Part shown: positions 1 through 8,912 of the stretch, in pieces
How positions within the stretch are numbered: position 1 is the stretch's first letter
How the letters are laid out: each line of letters begins with the position of its first letter
Assembly: GCA_025449735.1 (NCBI GenBank)
Contig: JANWIV010000003.1
Location: forward strand, 329,408-353,407
From: Candidatus Microgenomates bacterium
Lineage (GTDB): Bacteria > Patescibacteriota > Microgenomatia > UBA1406 > HO2-37-13b
DNA: 24,000 bases
Direction: 5' to 3'
Position numbers and translations under genes: made by a program
The notes under the pieces: generated by a model
What the model was told of the DNA's origin: nothing
Databases searched by the model: none
Seen by the model: only the letters and a program-made list of their open reading frames with translations

Positions 1-74
1 TTAAAAATAGCGCCATTCAAAATCTTATTTTTGAGATCAGAGGTGAAGAAATGAAGCTCGATTTGCCGATAAGC
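1..74 (-). CDS. hypothetical protein, first ~24 codons only (gene runs off the left edge)
   Basis: ATG at 74-72 on the minus strand opens a frame (MSVAYRQIELHFFTSDLKNKILNGAIF) that stays open to position 1. It lies 46 nt downstream of the stop of 121..564 on the same strand. Too short to classify. Confidence 0.25.
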
Positions 75-120
75 TACACTCATATTCCAAGGAGTCAAAA
101 CTGGCTAGCTGACAAGCTTG

Positions 121-564
121 TCAATGATTCTGACTAATCGCTTCCATTTGATTGATTTTAAGCCAAGGATCAATCGCTTGAGCCCGCTTGTAAAAAGCAA
201 CCGCCTCATCATTATTTCCATCCTGATAGTTCAAAATCGCTAATTTCAAGAGAATCTGTGGATTATTCTCATTTTCAAGCAAAATCTTGTTTAGCCTGTC
301 ATATTGCTGTTTTTTATTAAGCTCACCGGTAACTAGAGTATCTTGGATACTGCTGCCAAATAATTCACTAAAATAAGTCAATTGTGAGGTGAAAAACTGC
401 GTATGATCAAGCTTGCTTAGGAGCTCTTGGGCTGATTCTTTAGTTGGAGAGACAGTCATACTAAGAAATAGCGGTGATAATGCTTGTGAGGCATAAATAT
501 TAAAAGCAATCAATAAAAATAGCGCGAAGAAAGAGATGATAAGCAGATACGCATTCGGTTTCAT
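121..564 (-). CDS. membrane-anchored/secreted TPR-like protein
   Basis: 147-aa ORF with an N-terminal hydrophobic segment (YLLIISFFALFLLIAFNIYASQA). The C-terminal segment LLKLAILNYQDGNNDEAVAFYKRAQAIDP looks like a TPR repeat. Confidence 0.6.
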   Translation of the reverse strand: MKPNAYLLIISFFALFLLIAFNIYASQALSPLFLSMTVSPTKESAQELLSKLDHTQFFTSQLTYFSELFGSSIQDTLVTGELNKKQQYDRLNKILLENENNPQILLKLAILNYQDGNNDEAVAFYKRAQAIDPWLKINQMEAISQNH

Positions 565-566
565 TT

Positions 567-580
567 TGTATAATCATACC
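567..580 (+). promoter_or_regulatory. -10 element TGTATAAT placed 6 nt before ATG 581 (leaderless-type promoter)
   Basis: tgTATAAT at 567-574, a 6-nt spacer catacc, then ATG. The same octamer and spacing recur at 18689-18702. Confidence 0.45.
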
Positions 581-2929
581 ATGGATGCAGCAAGCAGTGG
601 GATTGTCAATCTATTTGTGATTCTCGTAATTTTACTAATAACGATTGTTACGACGGTCCTTTTTTTTGCCATTTTTGCTTATGTGGCAATAATTGTCATT
701 AAGATTCGTAAACGGGAGAAACTATCTTTGGACATGGTGACGATGGAGGTGAGAGTGAGCAAAGATAATGAAATAAAAATCGATGCCGCCGAGCAACTTT
801 TTTCTGCCTTTTCAGGTCTTAAAAAATCCGGCTTTTTCTCTTTTCTGGATGTATCGGAAGCGCTGGCATTTGAGATTGTCGCTCGCTCTGGTGAAATCAA
901 ATTTATGGTATCGGCTCCGACGAGACTAAAAGACCTGGTAGAAAAGCAAATCTATGCTTACTACCCAGCGGCTGACATCCGTGAAGTTGAAGAACAAAAT
1001 ATTTTTTCAGAGACGGGTAAGGTCGCTTTTGCCGGTTTAAAAACCAAAGAAGCTAGTTATGAACCAATTAAAGTCTATAAAGAATTGCCAACCGATTCAA
1101 TTTCAGCAATCACCTCAGCATTATCAAAAATGAGCGAGGGGGAAGGAGCATTGATTCAGATTTTGATTCGCGCCGCCGGCTCCGAATGGAAAAAAGCAGG
1201 ACGCAGTTATATTACTGGCACCAAGAAAAAAGAAGCCAGTCCAGAAGAGGCCGAGTTTAAGGTCGATCATAAGACTTTGGAGCGGATTGATGAAAAAGTT
1301 TCTAAATCAGGCTTTGAGACAGTAATTCGGCTGGTGGTGTCGGCACCAGAAAAAGATATTGCGGACCTTCATTTGAGTAATATCAAGACTGCTTTCAATC
1401 AGTTTGACTCTGGTTTAAATAGTTTCACTTCAGTCAAAATTCATTTCAAATATTTATTTATGATTAGCATTATTTATCGGTTTTTTCCGGTATTTGAACC
1501 ACTATCAAAAAGCATTTCAATCTTGTCAACTGAGGAGCTCGCGACTCTCTTTCATTTTCCTAATAAAGCGATAGAAACCCCATTTATCAACTGGCTAAAG
1601 GCAAAAACCGCCCCGGTACCTGTTGAGGTGCCGTCAGAAGGAGGGACTTTCATTGGTAATGGTTATTACCGTGGCGTCGCTAGGCCTATCAATATTTTGC
1701 AAGAGGATAGGCGAAGACATGTTTATATCATCGGAAAAACAGGAGTGGGTAAATCAGTGCTCCTTGAAGATATGGCAATTCAGGATATCAGGTCAGGAGC
1801 TGGAGTTTGTGTGATCGATCCTCATGGTGATTTGGTTGAAAATATTCTTGGTTACATACCGCCAGAGCGGGCTGAGGATGTGATTTATTTTGATCCTTCA
1901 GATACCAGTCGACCAATGGGCTTGAATATTATGGAGGCTGATAATGAGGAGCAAAAACATTTTGTCTCAACTGCCATTATCAATCTGATGTATAAGCTTT
2001 ATGATCCTCAACGAACTGGAATTGTTGGGCCCCGTTTTGAGCATGCGGTACGAAATGCGATGTTGACCGTCATGTCTGAGAAAGGGACGACTTTTATTGA
2101 AATCGTCCGTGTCTTAACCGATCCAAAATATGTCCAGGAGCTGCTACCAAAAGTAAATGACCCAATTATCAGGCGATACTGGACTGATCAAATCGCCCAA
2201 ACCAGCGACTTTCATAAATCAGAAGTACTTGATTATATCGTCTCTAAATTTGGCCGATTTGTCACCAACAAAACTATGCGGAACATTATTGGTCAATCAG
2301 AATCAGCTTTTGATTTTAGGCGGGTCATGGATGAGGGTAAAATTCTTTTAATCAATTTGTCAAAAGGAAGATTAGGCGAGGAAAACTCAAACTTTTTAGG
2401 ACTACTGTTGATACCAAAACTACTGGTCGCGGCAATGAGTCGTCAAGAAATTCCCGAAGAAAAACGGCGCGACTTCTTCCTATATGTTGACGAGTTTCAA
2501 AATTTTGCTACACCAGACTTTGCCGTCATTTTGTCTGAGGCGCGAAAATACCGCCTTAATTTGATTGTTGCCAATCAGTTTATTGGTCAGGTTGATGAGG
2601 AAATAAAAAATGCCGTTTTTGGAAACGTGGGGACCATGATTACTTTCCGAGTTGGAGTGACCGATGCTTCATATATTGCTCGAGAATATCAGCCGACTTT
2701 TTCCGAGCAGGATTTAATTAATGTGGAGAAATTTCATGCTTATATGAAAACTACTGTGCATAATGAACCAGTGTCGGCATTTTCGGTGGATTTGACTAAA
2801 GACATTTCTCAGTATCGTGAAGCGGCCAATCCAAAAGTAGCTGAAGCAATGATAAAATTATCCCGTCTTAAATTTGGTCGACCTCAGGAGTTGGTGGAAG
2901 CCGAAATTTCCCAACGAGCCAGACTTTAA
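581..2929 (+). CDS. membrane-anchored P-loop ATPase, TraG/VirD4/TraD-like (type IV coupling-protein-like, FtsK-HerA superfamily)
   Basis: ORF track 536..2929. Two N-terminal TM helices (IVNLFVILVILLITIVTTVLFFAIFAYVAIIVI), Walker A IIGKTGVGKS, DPHGD, Walker-B-like FFLYVDEFQNF, and LIVANQ. Start moved to ATG 581 because 536 overlaps the divergent gene and TGTATAAT sits 6 nt upstream of 581. Confidence 0.65.
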   Translation: MDAASSGIVNLFVILVILLITIVTTVLFFAIFAYVAIIVIKIRKREKLSLDMVTMEVRVSKDNEIKIDAAEQLFSAFSGLKKSGFFSFLDVSEALAFEIVARSGEIKFMVSAPTRLKDLVEKQIYAYYPAADIREVEEQNIFSETGKVAFAGLKTKEASYEPIKVYKELPTDSISAITSALSKMSEGEGALIQILIRAAGSEWKKAGRSYITGTKKKEASPEEAEFKVDHKTLERIDEKVSKSGFETVIRLVVSAPEKDIADLHLSNIKTAFNQFDSGLNSFTSVKIHFKYLFMISIIYRFFPVFEPLSKSISILSTEELATLFHFPNKAIETPFINWLKAKTAPVPVEVPSEGGTFIGNGYYRGVARPINILQEDRRRHVYIIGKTGVGKSVLLEDMAIQDIRSGAGVCVIDPHGDLVENILGYIPPERAEDVIYFDPSDTSRPMGLNIMEADNEEQKHFVSTAIINLMYKLYDPQRTGIVGPRFEHAVRNAMLTVMSEKGTTFIEIVRVLTDPKYVQELLPKVNDPIIRRYWTDQIAQTSDFHKSEVLDYIVSKFGRFVTNKTMRNIIGQSESAFDFRRVMDEGKILLINLSKGRLGEENSNFLGLLLIPKLLVAAMSRQEIPEEKRRDFFLYVDEFQNFATPDFAVILSEARKYRLNLIVANQFIGQVDEEIKNAVFGNVGTMITFRVGVTDASYIAREYQPTFSEQDLINVEKFHAYMKTTVHNEPVSAFSVDLTKDISQYREAANPKVAEAMIKLSRLKFGRPQELVEAEISQRARL

Positions 2930-2935
2930 ACTTTT

Positions 2936-3649
2936 ATGATTAATGATTTTGTCACTAAACTAGTTCGAAAAGAGGCGCTGACAAGTAATGTCTATCTGTT
3001 TGAATTTTCTCTGGTAGATCAGCAAAAGTTAGAATTCATTGCCGGGCAATATATGCTTCTTAAAGTTGATGGTCAATATCGACAGTTTTCTATTGTGACG
3101 CCAGAAAATATCACTGATCGTTTTGAGCTCGTGATCGAGCTATATGAGGATGGCTTGGCGTCTAATTTTTTGAAGACTTGCAATATTGGGGATGCAGTTG
3201 AGTTTAAAGGTCCAGCTGGAGTGTTTACATTGCATCCAACCTCTCGCGAGGTAGTGTTTCTTGTCACCGGCACTGGTATTGCGCCAATCAAATCAATGAT
3301 CGAGACCAGTCTTACCAAAGAAAACTCTCCTATAATGCATCTATATTGGGGTTTAAGACATCTTGATGATGTTTACTTCGCAAAAAGCTTAATGTCTATA
3401 GCTTCTCAAAATAGTCGTTTAACTGTTGATATTTGTTTGTCGCAAGAAACAGAGACCCACGATTTTCGCTCCGGTCGGGTGAATGCAATATTTAAAGAAG
3501 ATATGGATAAAAAAAATACTCTCGATTTGAATTTTGACTTTTATCTTTGTGGTTCACCAAGGTCCGTTGAAGGTATATATCAATCGGTCATTGATTTGGG
3601 AGTACCCTCGGCACAAATTTTCTTTGAAAAGTTTGTCAAACACGGATGA
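2936..3649 (+). CDS. FAD/NAD(P)-binding oxidoreductase, ferredoxin-NADP reductase (FNR) family
   Basis: RQFSIV (RxYS-type FAD motif), GTGIAP (NAD(P)-binding glycine motif) and C-terminal YLCGSP. The ~237-aa two-domain size is typical of plain FNR-like modules. No Fe-S domain seen. Confidence 0.8.
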   Translation: MINDFVTKLVRKEALTSNVYLFEFSLVDQQKLEFIAGQYMLLKVDGQYRQFSIVTPENITDRFELVIELYEDGLASNFLKTCNIGDAVEFKGPAGVFTLHPTSREVVFLVTGTGIAPIKSMIETSLTKENSPIMHLYWGLRHLDDVYFAKSLMSIASQNSRLTVDICLSQETETHDFRSGRVNAIFKEDMDKKNTLDLNFDFYLCGSPRSVEGIYQSVIDLGVPSAQIFFEKFVKHG

Positions 3650-5325
3650 TGAAACGCGGACTTACACTGATATCTATATTAGTCATCGCATTAGCGCTTC
3701 GCTTTTATGGATTAAATTGGGATCAAGGGACACATCTGCATCCTGATGAGCGATTTTTAACCATGGTGGCAACGAGTACGCGTTTGCCTTCGTCGCTCTC
3801 AGAATATTTAGATCCTAGCAAGTCGACTCTCAATCCATACAATAACGATTATGATTTCTATGTCTATGGAATGTTTCCAATGACAATCGTGAAAGCCATA
3901 TCCGTTTATACCGGCCATGATAATTATAACCAAATAACGCTGCTAGGAAGGGCAGTTTCGGCTATTATTGAAGTCTGTAGTTTGTTAATTATCTTTGGTT
4001 TGAGTCGACTACTATCTCGACAATTAAAGCTATCGGAAAATATCGCCTATTTCGCCGCAATTTTATATGCAGTCACCATTTTTAGTATTCAACAGGGGCA
4101 TTTTTTTACCGTTGATCCACTCGCTAATTTATTAGGACTATTGTCGATATATTGCGCCTTTTTATATCATGAAAAAAAGAAGATCATTTTTGTAATATTT
4201 ATGGCAGCATTCTTTGGTCTTGGTTTAGGGTCAAAAATATCCTCGCTTTATTTGCTACCGCTGCTTTCAGGGATAATATTGCTGACACAAGAAAAAAATT
4301 TAGCCGAAAGAGTCAAAAAAATCTTGGTGATCGCCATCATTACCATGCCTATTGTCATTCTTAGTTTGCGCCTGGCTGACATAAAGTTTTTCGCCAGTAG
4401 CAATTTTTTTGATCTGACAATAAATCAGCAATTTTTAAATAATATCAATCAATTGAAAGCCTTAAGTACCCCAGAGGCGCTTTTCCCCCCGAGTATACAA
4501 TGGTTGTCAACCGTGCCTATTTTGACACCACTCAAAGACATAATCATATTTGGATTGGGTCCAGTTTACTTTGCTTTGGTTATTGTAGGATTGATTATTT
4601 TGGTGAAGCTGATGTTTGCAAGTAAAGAATTGAGACGAAGCTCATATCATTTTTTGTTACTGCTGGTTTGGATTGTCGGGTTTTTTATTTATCAGGGGGT
4701 TCAATTTGGTAAGACAATGCGTTATTTTTATATTCTCTATCCGTTTTTCGCTATCTTTGCAGCGATTGGATTGTCAACAATTTTCAAATATAAAAAATGG
4801 TTAGGAGCAATTATTTTTGTTTTAATTGTGATCTATACAATGGCTTTCATGAATATATATTCAGAGCCTCATAGTCGCGTGAGAGCTTCGGAGTTTATTT
4901 ATGAGCAATTAGAAAACCAGTCAACGATTGCCTCTGAGCATTGGGATGATGCCTTGCCTCTCCCAATGCTTAATACCAATGGAAAGCAATTTAAGAGCGT
5001 CGAGCTACCCGTGTTTGCTCCTGATGAGAACGAAAAATGGCGATTGATGCAGGACGGTTTATCGCGGGCTGATTATTATATTCTGTCATCCAATCGTGGT
5101 TATGGTAGCATAATGAAAGTCCCGGATCGTTTTCCCAAAATGAGTCAGTTTTATCAGGAATTGTTTTCCGGCAATACCGATTTTGAGTTAATTGCTGAGT
5201 TTACTAGTTATCCTTCGCTTTGCTTATTGAAAAAATGCATTAGATTTCAAGACCAGTGGGCTGATGAAGCCTTTACTGTGTATGATCATCCTCGCGTGCT
5301 TATTTTTAAGAAAAAATCCTTATGA
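3646..5325 (+). CDS. polytopic GT-C-fold membrane glycosyltransferase (ArnT/PMT-like)
   Basis: 559 aa with more than 10 hydrophobic helices. HPDERF acidic motif in the first predicted external loop and a soluble C-terminal domain. ATGA overlap with the upstream gene. Confidence 0.6.
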   Translation: MMKRGLTLISILVIALALRFYGLNWDQGTHLHPDERFLTMVATSTRLPSSLSEYLDPSKSTLNPYNNDYDFYVYGMFPMTIVKAISVYTGHDNYNQITLLGRAVSAIIEVCSLLIIFGLSRLLSRQLKLSENIAYFAAILYAVTIFSIQQGHFFTVDPLANLLGLLSIYCAFLYHEKKKIIFVIFMAAFFGLGLGSKISSLYLLPLLSGIILLTQEKNLAERVKKILVIAIITMPIVILSLRLADIKFFASSNFFDLTINQQFLNNINQLKALSTPEALFPPSIQWLSTVPILTPLKDIIIFGLGPVYFALVIVGLIILVKLMFASKELRRSSYHFLLLLVWIVGFFIYQGVQFGKTMRYFYILYPFFAIFAAIGLSTIFKYKKWLGAIIFVLIVIYTMAFMNIYSEPHSRVRASEFIYEQLENQSTIASEHWDDALPLPMLNTNGKQFKSVELPVFAPDENEKWRLMQDGLSRADYYILSSNRGYGSIMKVPDRFPKMSQFYQELFSGNTDFELIAEFTSYPSLCLLKKCIRFQDQWADEAFTVYDHPRVLIFKKKSL

Positions 5326-6086
5326 ATTATTATTTAGTCATGGCAAAGAAGATGCCATTTTATTTACATTCATTGATTTCGCTCATAAATGAGCTTAAAA
5401 ACCCTCAATCCCTTGGTAATTTAATATTGGGCATTAAGACTCGGCTAAATTTTAAAAATGGTCTGTCGTTTGTCATAAGTCAGCCAATTGACGCTTTGAT
5501 TGCGAAAGAAACTTTAATTGATGACGCTTATGGCTTACGAGAGGAGTCAAAGTTAAAAAGAATAATTGACGTTGGGGCGGCGTTTGGGGACTTTTCACTT
5601 TATGGAAACAAGCTATTTCCAAAAGCGGAAATAATTGCATTTGAGCCCAATCCAGACAGTTTCAATTTATTCAATCAAAATATTAAAATCAATAAGGCGA
5701 AAAATATTAAATCCTACCAAATGGCGATTGGAAATGAAAAGACAGTTGTTCTTCACATCGGAGCGGATAATGTCCAAGGTTCTCAAATTGAGTCCCCTGA
5801 TCGCTCACGACAAGTTGAGGTAGAGTGCCGCCCACTTTCAAAATTTATAGAGGGAATTGTTGATTTGCTCAAAATTGATACTGAAGGGGCGGAAATGGCC
5901 GTTTTGTCTAGTATTGACGAGAAGCAATTCTCTCTTGTCAAAAAAATAGTTTGTGAATATCATAATCATTTAGTCGATGATCAGGATAAAAAAATTGTCG
6001 CTTATTTAAAAGAGCGTCATTATAAAGTCCGTCAAGTCGAAGACAAATATTATCCTTTGATAGGCTACATTATCGCTTCAAGTTAG
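5322..6086 (+). CDS. FkbM-family SAM-dependent methyltransferase
   Basis: IIDVGAAFGDFS, IIAFEPNPDSF, LLKIDTEGAEMAVL and CEYH match the FkbM-domain signature. ATGA overlap with the upstream gene. A later start at MAKKM (5340) is possible. Confidence 0.85.
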   Translation: MNYYLVMAKKMPFYLHSLISLINELKNPQSLGNLILGIKTRLNFKNGLSFVISQPIDALIAKETLIDDAYGLREESKLKRIIDVGAAFGDFSLYGNKLFPKAEIIAFEPNPDSFNLFNQNIKINKAKNIKSYQMAIGNEKTVVLHIGADNVQGSQIESPDRSRQVEVECRPLSKFIEGIVDLLKIDTEGAEMAVLSSIDEKQFSLVKKIVCEYHNHLVDDQDKKIVAYLKERHYKVRQVEDKYYPLIGYIIASS

Positions 6087-6900
6087 TCTTTTCGACAAGA
6101 AGACCAATATTCATCGAATTTTTGACCGGAAGTACTTTGTTTAATGTCTCAGGAGCTCTCATGAGGTTGCTTAAAAATAATGTGATTACGCCGGGGGGAT
6201 CAAAATTAAAACGATTCATTGTGCCACCGCCTAATTTCTCAACGATATTTTTGCCTAGGCCATAAAGAATAAAATGGGAAAATGGCCAACACCAATGGAC
6301 AAATTGATTAACTGTTATCACTTTAAGCCCACTTTTTTTGATTAGTGTCTCAATTTCATCTGGGGAATAAAGGCGTTCATGATCGGCCCATATTCCCGCC
6401 AGCCACCAGATATCTTTTGAGATATGTCGGCCAAATTTGGCCAAAAGAGCGTTTAACGGATCCCAAAGAAAAGGGAAATTTTTATTCGGTACGGTAATGA
6501 TGATTTTGCCGCCGGGTTTAAGAACCCGATTTAGTTCAACAAGTCCGGACATATCATTTTCTAAATGCTCCAACACCTCAGAGCAAATAATTAGATCAAA
6601 AGAATTATTTTTAAAAGGCAATTCATAAATAGAACCTTCAACAATCGCGATGCGATTATCGTCTTTCGTTAGCTCTCTGGCTTTGTCGGCATAATCGGCT
6701 CTTATTTCAACTCCAGTAAGCTTTTTGACAAATGGGAAGATAGAGAGAAGCTTAAGATAAAAACCACGCCCACATCCGACGTCAAGGATGCTCTCCGCTT
6801 TGCTTTCCTCTACCATAGCGGCGATAAAGCTAGCACGGGCGGCAAAACCAGGATCAATCTCTCCCTGCAATCGTTGATTAATCAAGTCTAAAGGTTTCAT
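6070..6900 (-). CDS. class I SAM-dependent methyltransferase
   Basis: ILDVGCGRGFY (motif I), DLIICSEVLEHL, LKPGGKIIITVPN. ORF track start 6921 would overlap the upstream GT4 gene by 44 nt. ATG 6900 (MKPLDL) leaves a 17-nt gap. Confidence 0.85.
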   Translation of the reverse strand: MKPLDLINQRLQGEIDPGFAARASFIAAMVEESKAESILDVGCGRGFYLKLLSIFPFVKKLTGVEIRADYADKARELTKDDNRIAIVEGSIYELPFKNNSFDLIICSEVLEHLENDMSGLVELNRVLKPGGKIIITVPNKNFPFLWDPLNALLAKFGRHISKDIWWLAGIWADHERLYSPDEIETLIKKSGLKVITVNQFVHWCWPFSHFILYGLGKNIVEKLGGGTMNRFNFDPPGVITLFLSNLMRAPETLNKVLPVKNSMNIGLLVEKTNLKR

Positions 6901-7996
6901 ATTTTTTAAAATAACGATCAATTTTATACTTATCTATTTTAAGCTTATCTTTCCTCTTGATAAAATTAATAATTCCAGCGCCCAAGTCATGGGGGGAATT
7001 AGATTTTACAATAATGCCGTTCTCAACGCTTTTGACCAGCATTCGAGCACCGGGGATATCTGTGCAAACAATTGGGACTCCTGCCTGAGCCGCTTCTATT
7101 TGTGACAGCGGGAAGCAGTCGGAGCGAGATGAGATTACAAATAAATCGAGAGAGTGGTAAAAATAGCTTAGCTCTTCATCATTAAGCAATCCCAGGAACG
7201 AAGTATAATTTTTATTTTTTTCAATTAATTTTTGGTGTTTTTCAAAAAAAGGTTCATAAGCCATTCTCATTTCACCCGCAAAAACAATTTGTATATTGGG
7301 CACTGCCTTCAAGATCTGGGGGATAGATTGAAACAATAAATCAAAACCTTTTTCTTCAACAAACCTGCCAGCGATACCAACGAGAAGGTATTTCTTTTTA
7401 AGTAATTGCATTTTTTTAACAAATGAACCAGTAGGTTTTATTGAAGATAATTTGAGATCGGGAATATAGGCGGTAAATTTGTGGAGAAAATATTTTAAGA
7501 CTCGAGAATTCTGCGCATAGTCGGCAGTTGAACAGGAGACGGTATTGGCTAATGCAAGCGCGGGGATTGTCATTGAATCAAACAGAAGCTCAAGAGTGCG
7601 ATTGAGCAATTGATTGCCGGTTTGTCTGGGGAGTGTGAGGTCTCCCTGGTGGAAGATATATAGTTTTTTACCAAAAAGTTTGGTGAGGATTGATATAGGC
7701 AAAATTAGACTATGGGGAGAATTGATAACTACAGCATCAAAATCGGCAAGATGATTTATCAAGGAAAATATCGTTTGCGGTGCAAAGTGAGATCGCGACA
7801 ACTGGAATATATATGGCACTCTGATAATTCGAATTCCTAAAACGATCTCTGATCTTTTAAGACTTTTATCAAATTGAGTGGTGATCACCGATACCTTATG
7901 ACCTTGAGATTTAAGATTTTGGGCAATATGATAAAAGGCTTTGGCAATACCGGTCCAGTGAGGAGGAAAATATTCACTTATTAAAAGTACATTCAT
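6878..7996 (-). CDS. GT4-family (GT-B fold) glycosyltransferase
   Basis: N-terminal LLISEYFPPHWTGI and a C-terminal FPLSQIEAAQAGVPIVCTD (E-x7-E-type region). 372 aa. Confidence 0.85.
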   Translation of the reverse strand: MNVLLISEYFPPHWTGIAKAFYHIAQNLKSQGHKVSVITTQFDKSLKRSEIVLGIRIIRVPYIFQLSRSHFAPQTIFSLINHLADFDAVVINSPHSLILPISILTKLFGKKLYIFHQGDLTLPRQTGNQLLNRTLELLFDSMTIPALALANTVSCSTADYAQNSRVLKYFLHKFTAYIPDLKLSSIKPTGSFVKKMQLLKKKYLLVGIAGRFVEEKGFDLLFQSIPQILKAVPNIQIVFAGEMRMAYEPFFEKHQKLIEKNKNYTSFLGLLNDEELSYFYHSLDLFVISSRSDCFPLSQIEAAQAGVPIVCTDIPGARMLVKSVENGIIVKSNSPHDLGAGIINFIKRKDKLKIDKYKIDRYFKKYETFRLD

Positions 7997-8081
7997 TTAC
8001 TAGTCTTTTGATTAATCAATATAAATAATCATTCTACTTTTACATTTTTTGGTGCCTATCTATCATCTCCTATGAATTTTT

Positions 8082-8217
8082 GATGTGCGAAGTGAGATAA
8101 CTTTGATTAAGATATCTTGAATCTTTGATTTATCTATCTGAAGTGTGATTAAGTCCCACTTCAAAAAATTCAAATAATCAAAACATCATTAATCAAGAAG
8201 TTCCCATTTCACACATC
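8082..8217. repeat. long imperfect palindrome (~136 nt) in the GT4/HAD intergenic region
   Basis: gatgtgcgaagtgagataactttgattaa... on the left mirrors ...ttaatcaagaagttcccatttcacacatc on the right. The centre is the hairpin gaagtg(8140-8145)/cacttc(8157-8162). Confidence 0.5.
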
Positions 8218-8239
8218 GACAATACTTCCTACAGAAAAA

Positions 8240-8270
8240 GGCCCGCAAAAGGGGCGTATTTTTTATTTGA
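8240..8270 (-). terminator. weak intrinsic terminator after the HAD gene (possibly bidirectional)
   Basis: GCCC(8241-8244)/GGGC(8252-8255) short GC stem. On the minus strand it is followed by CTTTTTCTGT, on the plus strand by TATTTTTTATTT. Lies ~25 nt past the stop at 8282. Confidence 0.4.
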
Positions 8271-8281
8271 ACGCGCATTTA

Positions 8282-8845
8282 TTACAACAGTTTTTCAATT
8301 TGGGCAATGGCGCGTTTTAAGTCTGGAAATTTATAGGGGTAGTCGGTGGCGCGGTCAAATAGATTATAAATCCAAAAAACTTTAGCCCGGGTTTCTTTGG
8401 ACAAGCTGCGAACAATATCTAGATTATCCTCAACAAAAATATCAAGATCCAGCTCCTTCACCATTCTGGTTTTAAAATGATGGGGTTGTTCATTTTTTAA
8501 ATTCATGTAGACTCCAGTAAAAGTGCCATCTGTTTTTAATTTCTTTTTCCAGCGTTCAAAATCGTCGCTCAAGAAATCATATCGCGCCGAAATAAGATAA
8601 CCTTCAATTTTACCTTTTTTCATAAGCTCAGTTAGCTCTTTATAGCCAGGTTGTATAAAAAGAGACGTCCAATGAGCGGCATGCCATAAAAATTTAGAGA
8701 AGGGGTCTTTTGGAATGATAAATTTTAGTTGTTTTTTTGGAGAGATTAACTGTTTTATGATGCTTACTGGCAAGCGAGCTGTTCTCACCGGGTTATAAAG
8801 CAGGACGCCATCAAGATCAAATCCGATGCGTAGCGGTTTGGTCAT
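8282..8845 (-). CDS. HAD-superfamily hydrolase/phosphatase-like protein
   Basis: N-terminal IGFDLDGVL (DxD nucleophile motif of the HAD fold). 187 aa. Confidence 0.6.
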   Translation of the reverse strand: MTKPLRIGFDLDGVLLYNPVRTARLPVSIIKQLISPKKQLKFIIPKDPFSKFLWHAAHWTSLFIQPGYKELTELMKKGKIEGYLISARYDFLSDDFERWKKKLKTDGTFTGVYMNLKNEQPHHFKTRMVKELDLDIFVEDNLDIVRSLSKETRAKVFWIYNLFDRATDYPYKFPDLKRAIAQIEKLL

Positions 8846-8912
8846 GAGGCATGCCTGCCCGCCGTAGCTTTTTCATCCACCAAAGCTTTAGCGACGGTGG
8901 GAGCGAAGGAGG

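Noticed and set aside
536-580. Upstream start codons given by the ORF track (536 for the ATPase, 6921 for the methyltransferase, 18683 and 20523 for the cassette gene-1 proteins, 21313 for cassette B gene 2)
   Set aside because: Each would overlap a neighbouring gene or a promoter hexamer. Downstream ATGs give sensible N-termini and gaps and sit at a fixed distance from -10 boxes. The stop coordinates are unaffected. The alternative starts remain possible.
679-3746. Short nested ORFs from the six-frame track (679..900, 1623..1814, 2157..2351, 3073..3318, 3534..3746, and similar ones at 5635, 6437, 9089, 9986, 10185, 10452, 11798, 14583, 15583, 15876, 18080, 20721, 21110, 21989, 22475, 22690)
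   Set aside because: All lie wholly inside or antisense to longer ORFs that have clear family motifs. None has its own promoter-like context or a recognisable domain.
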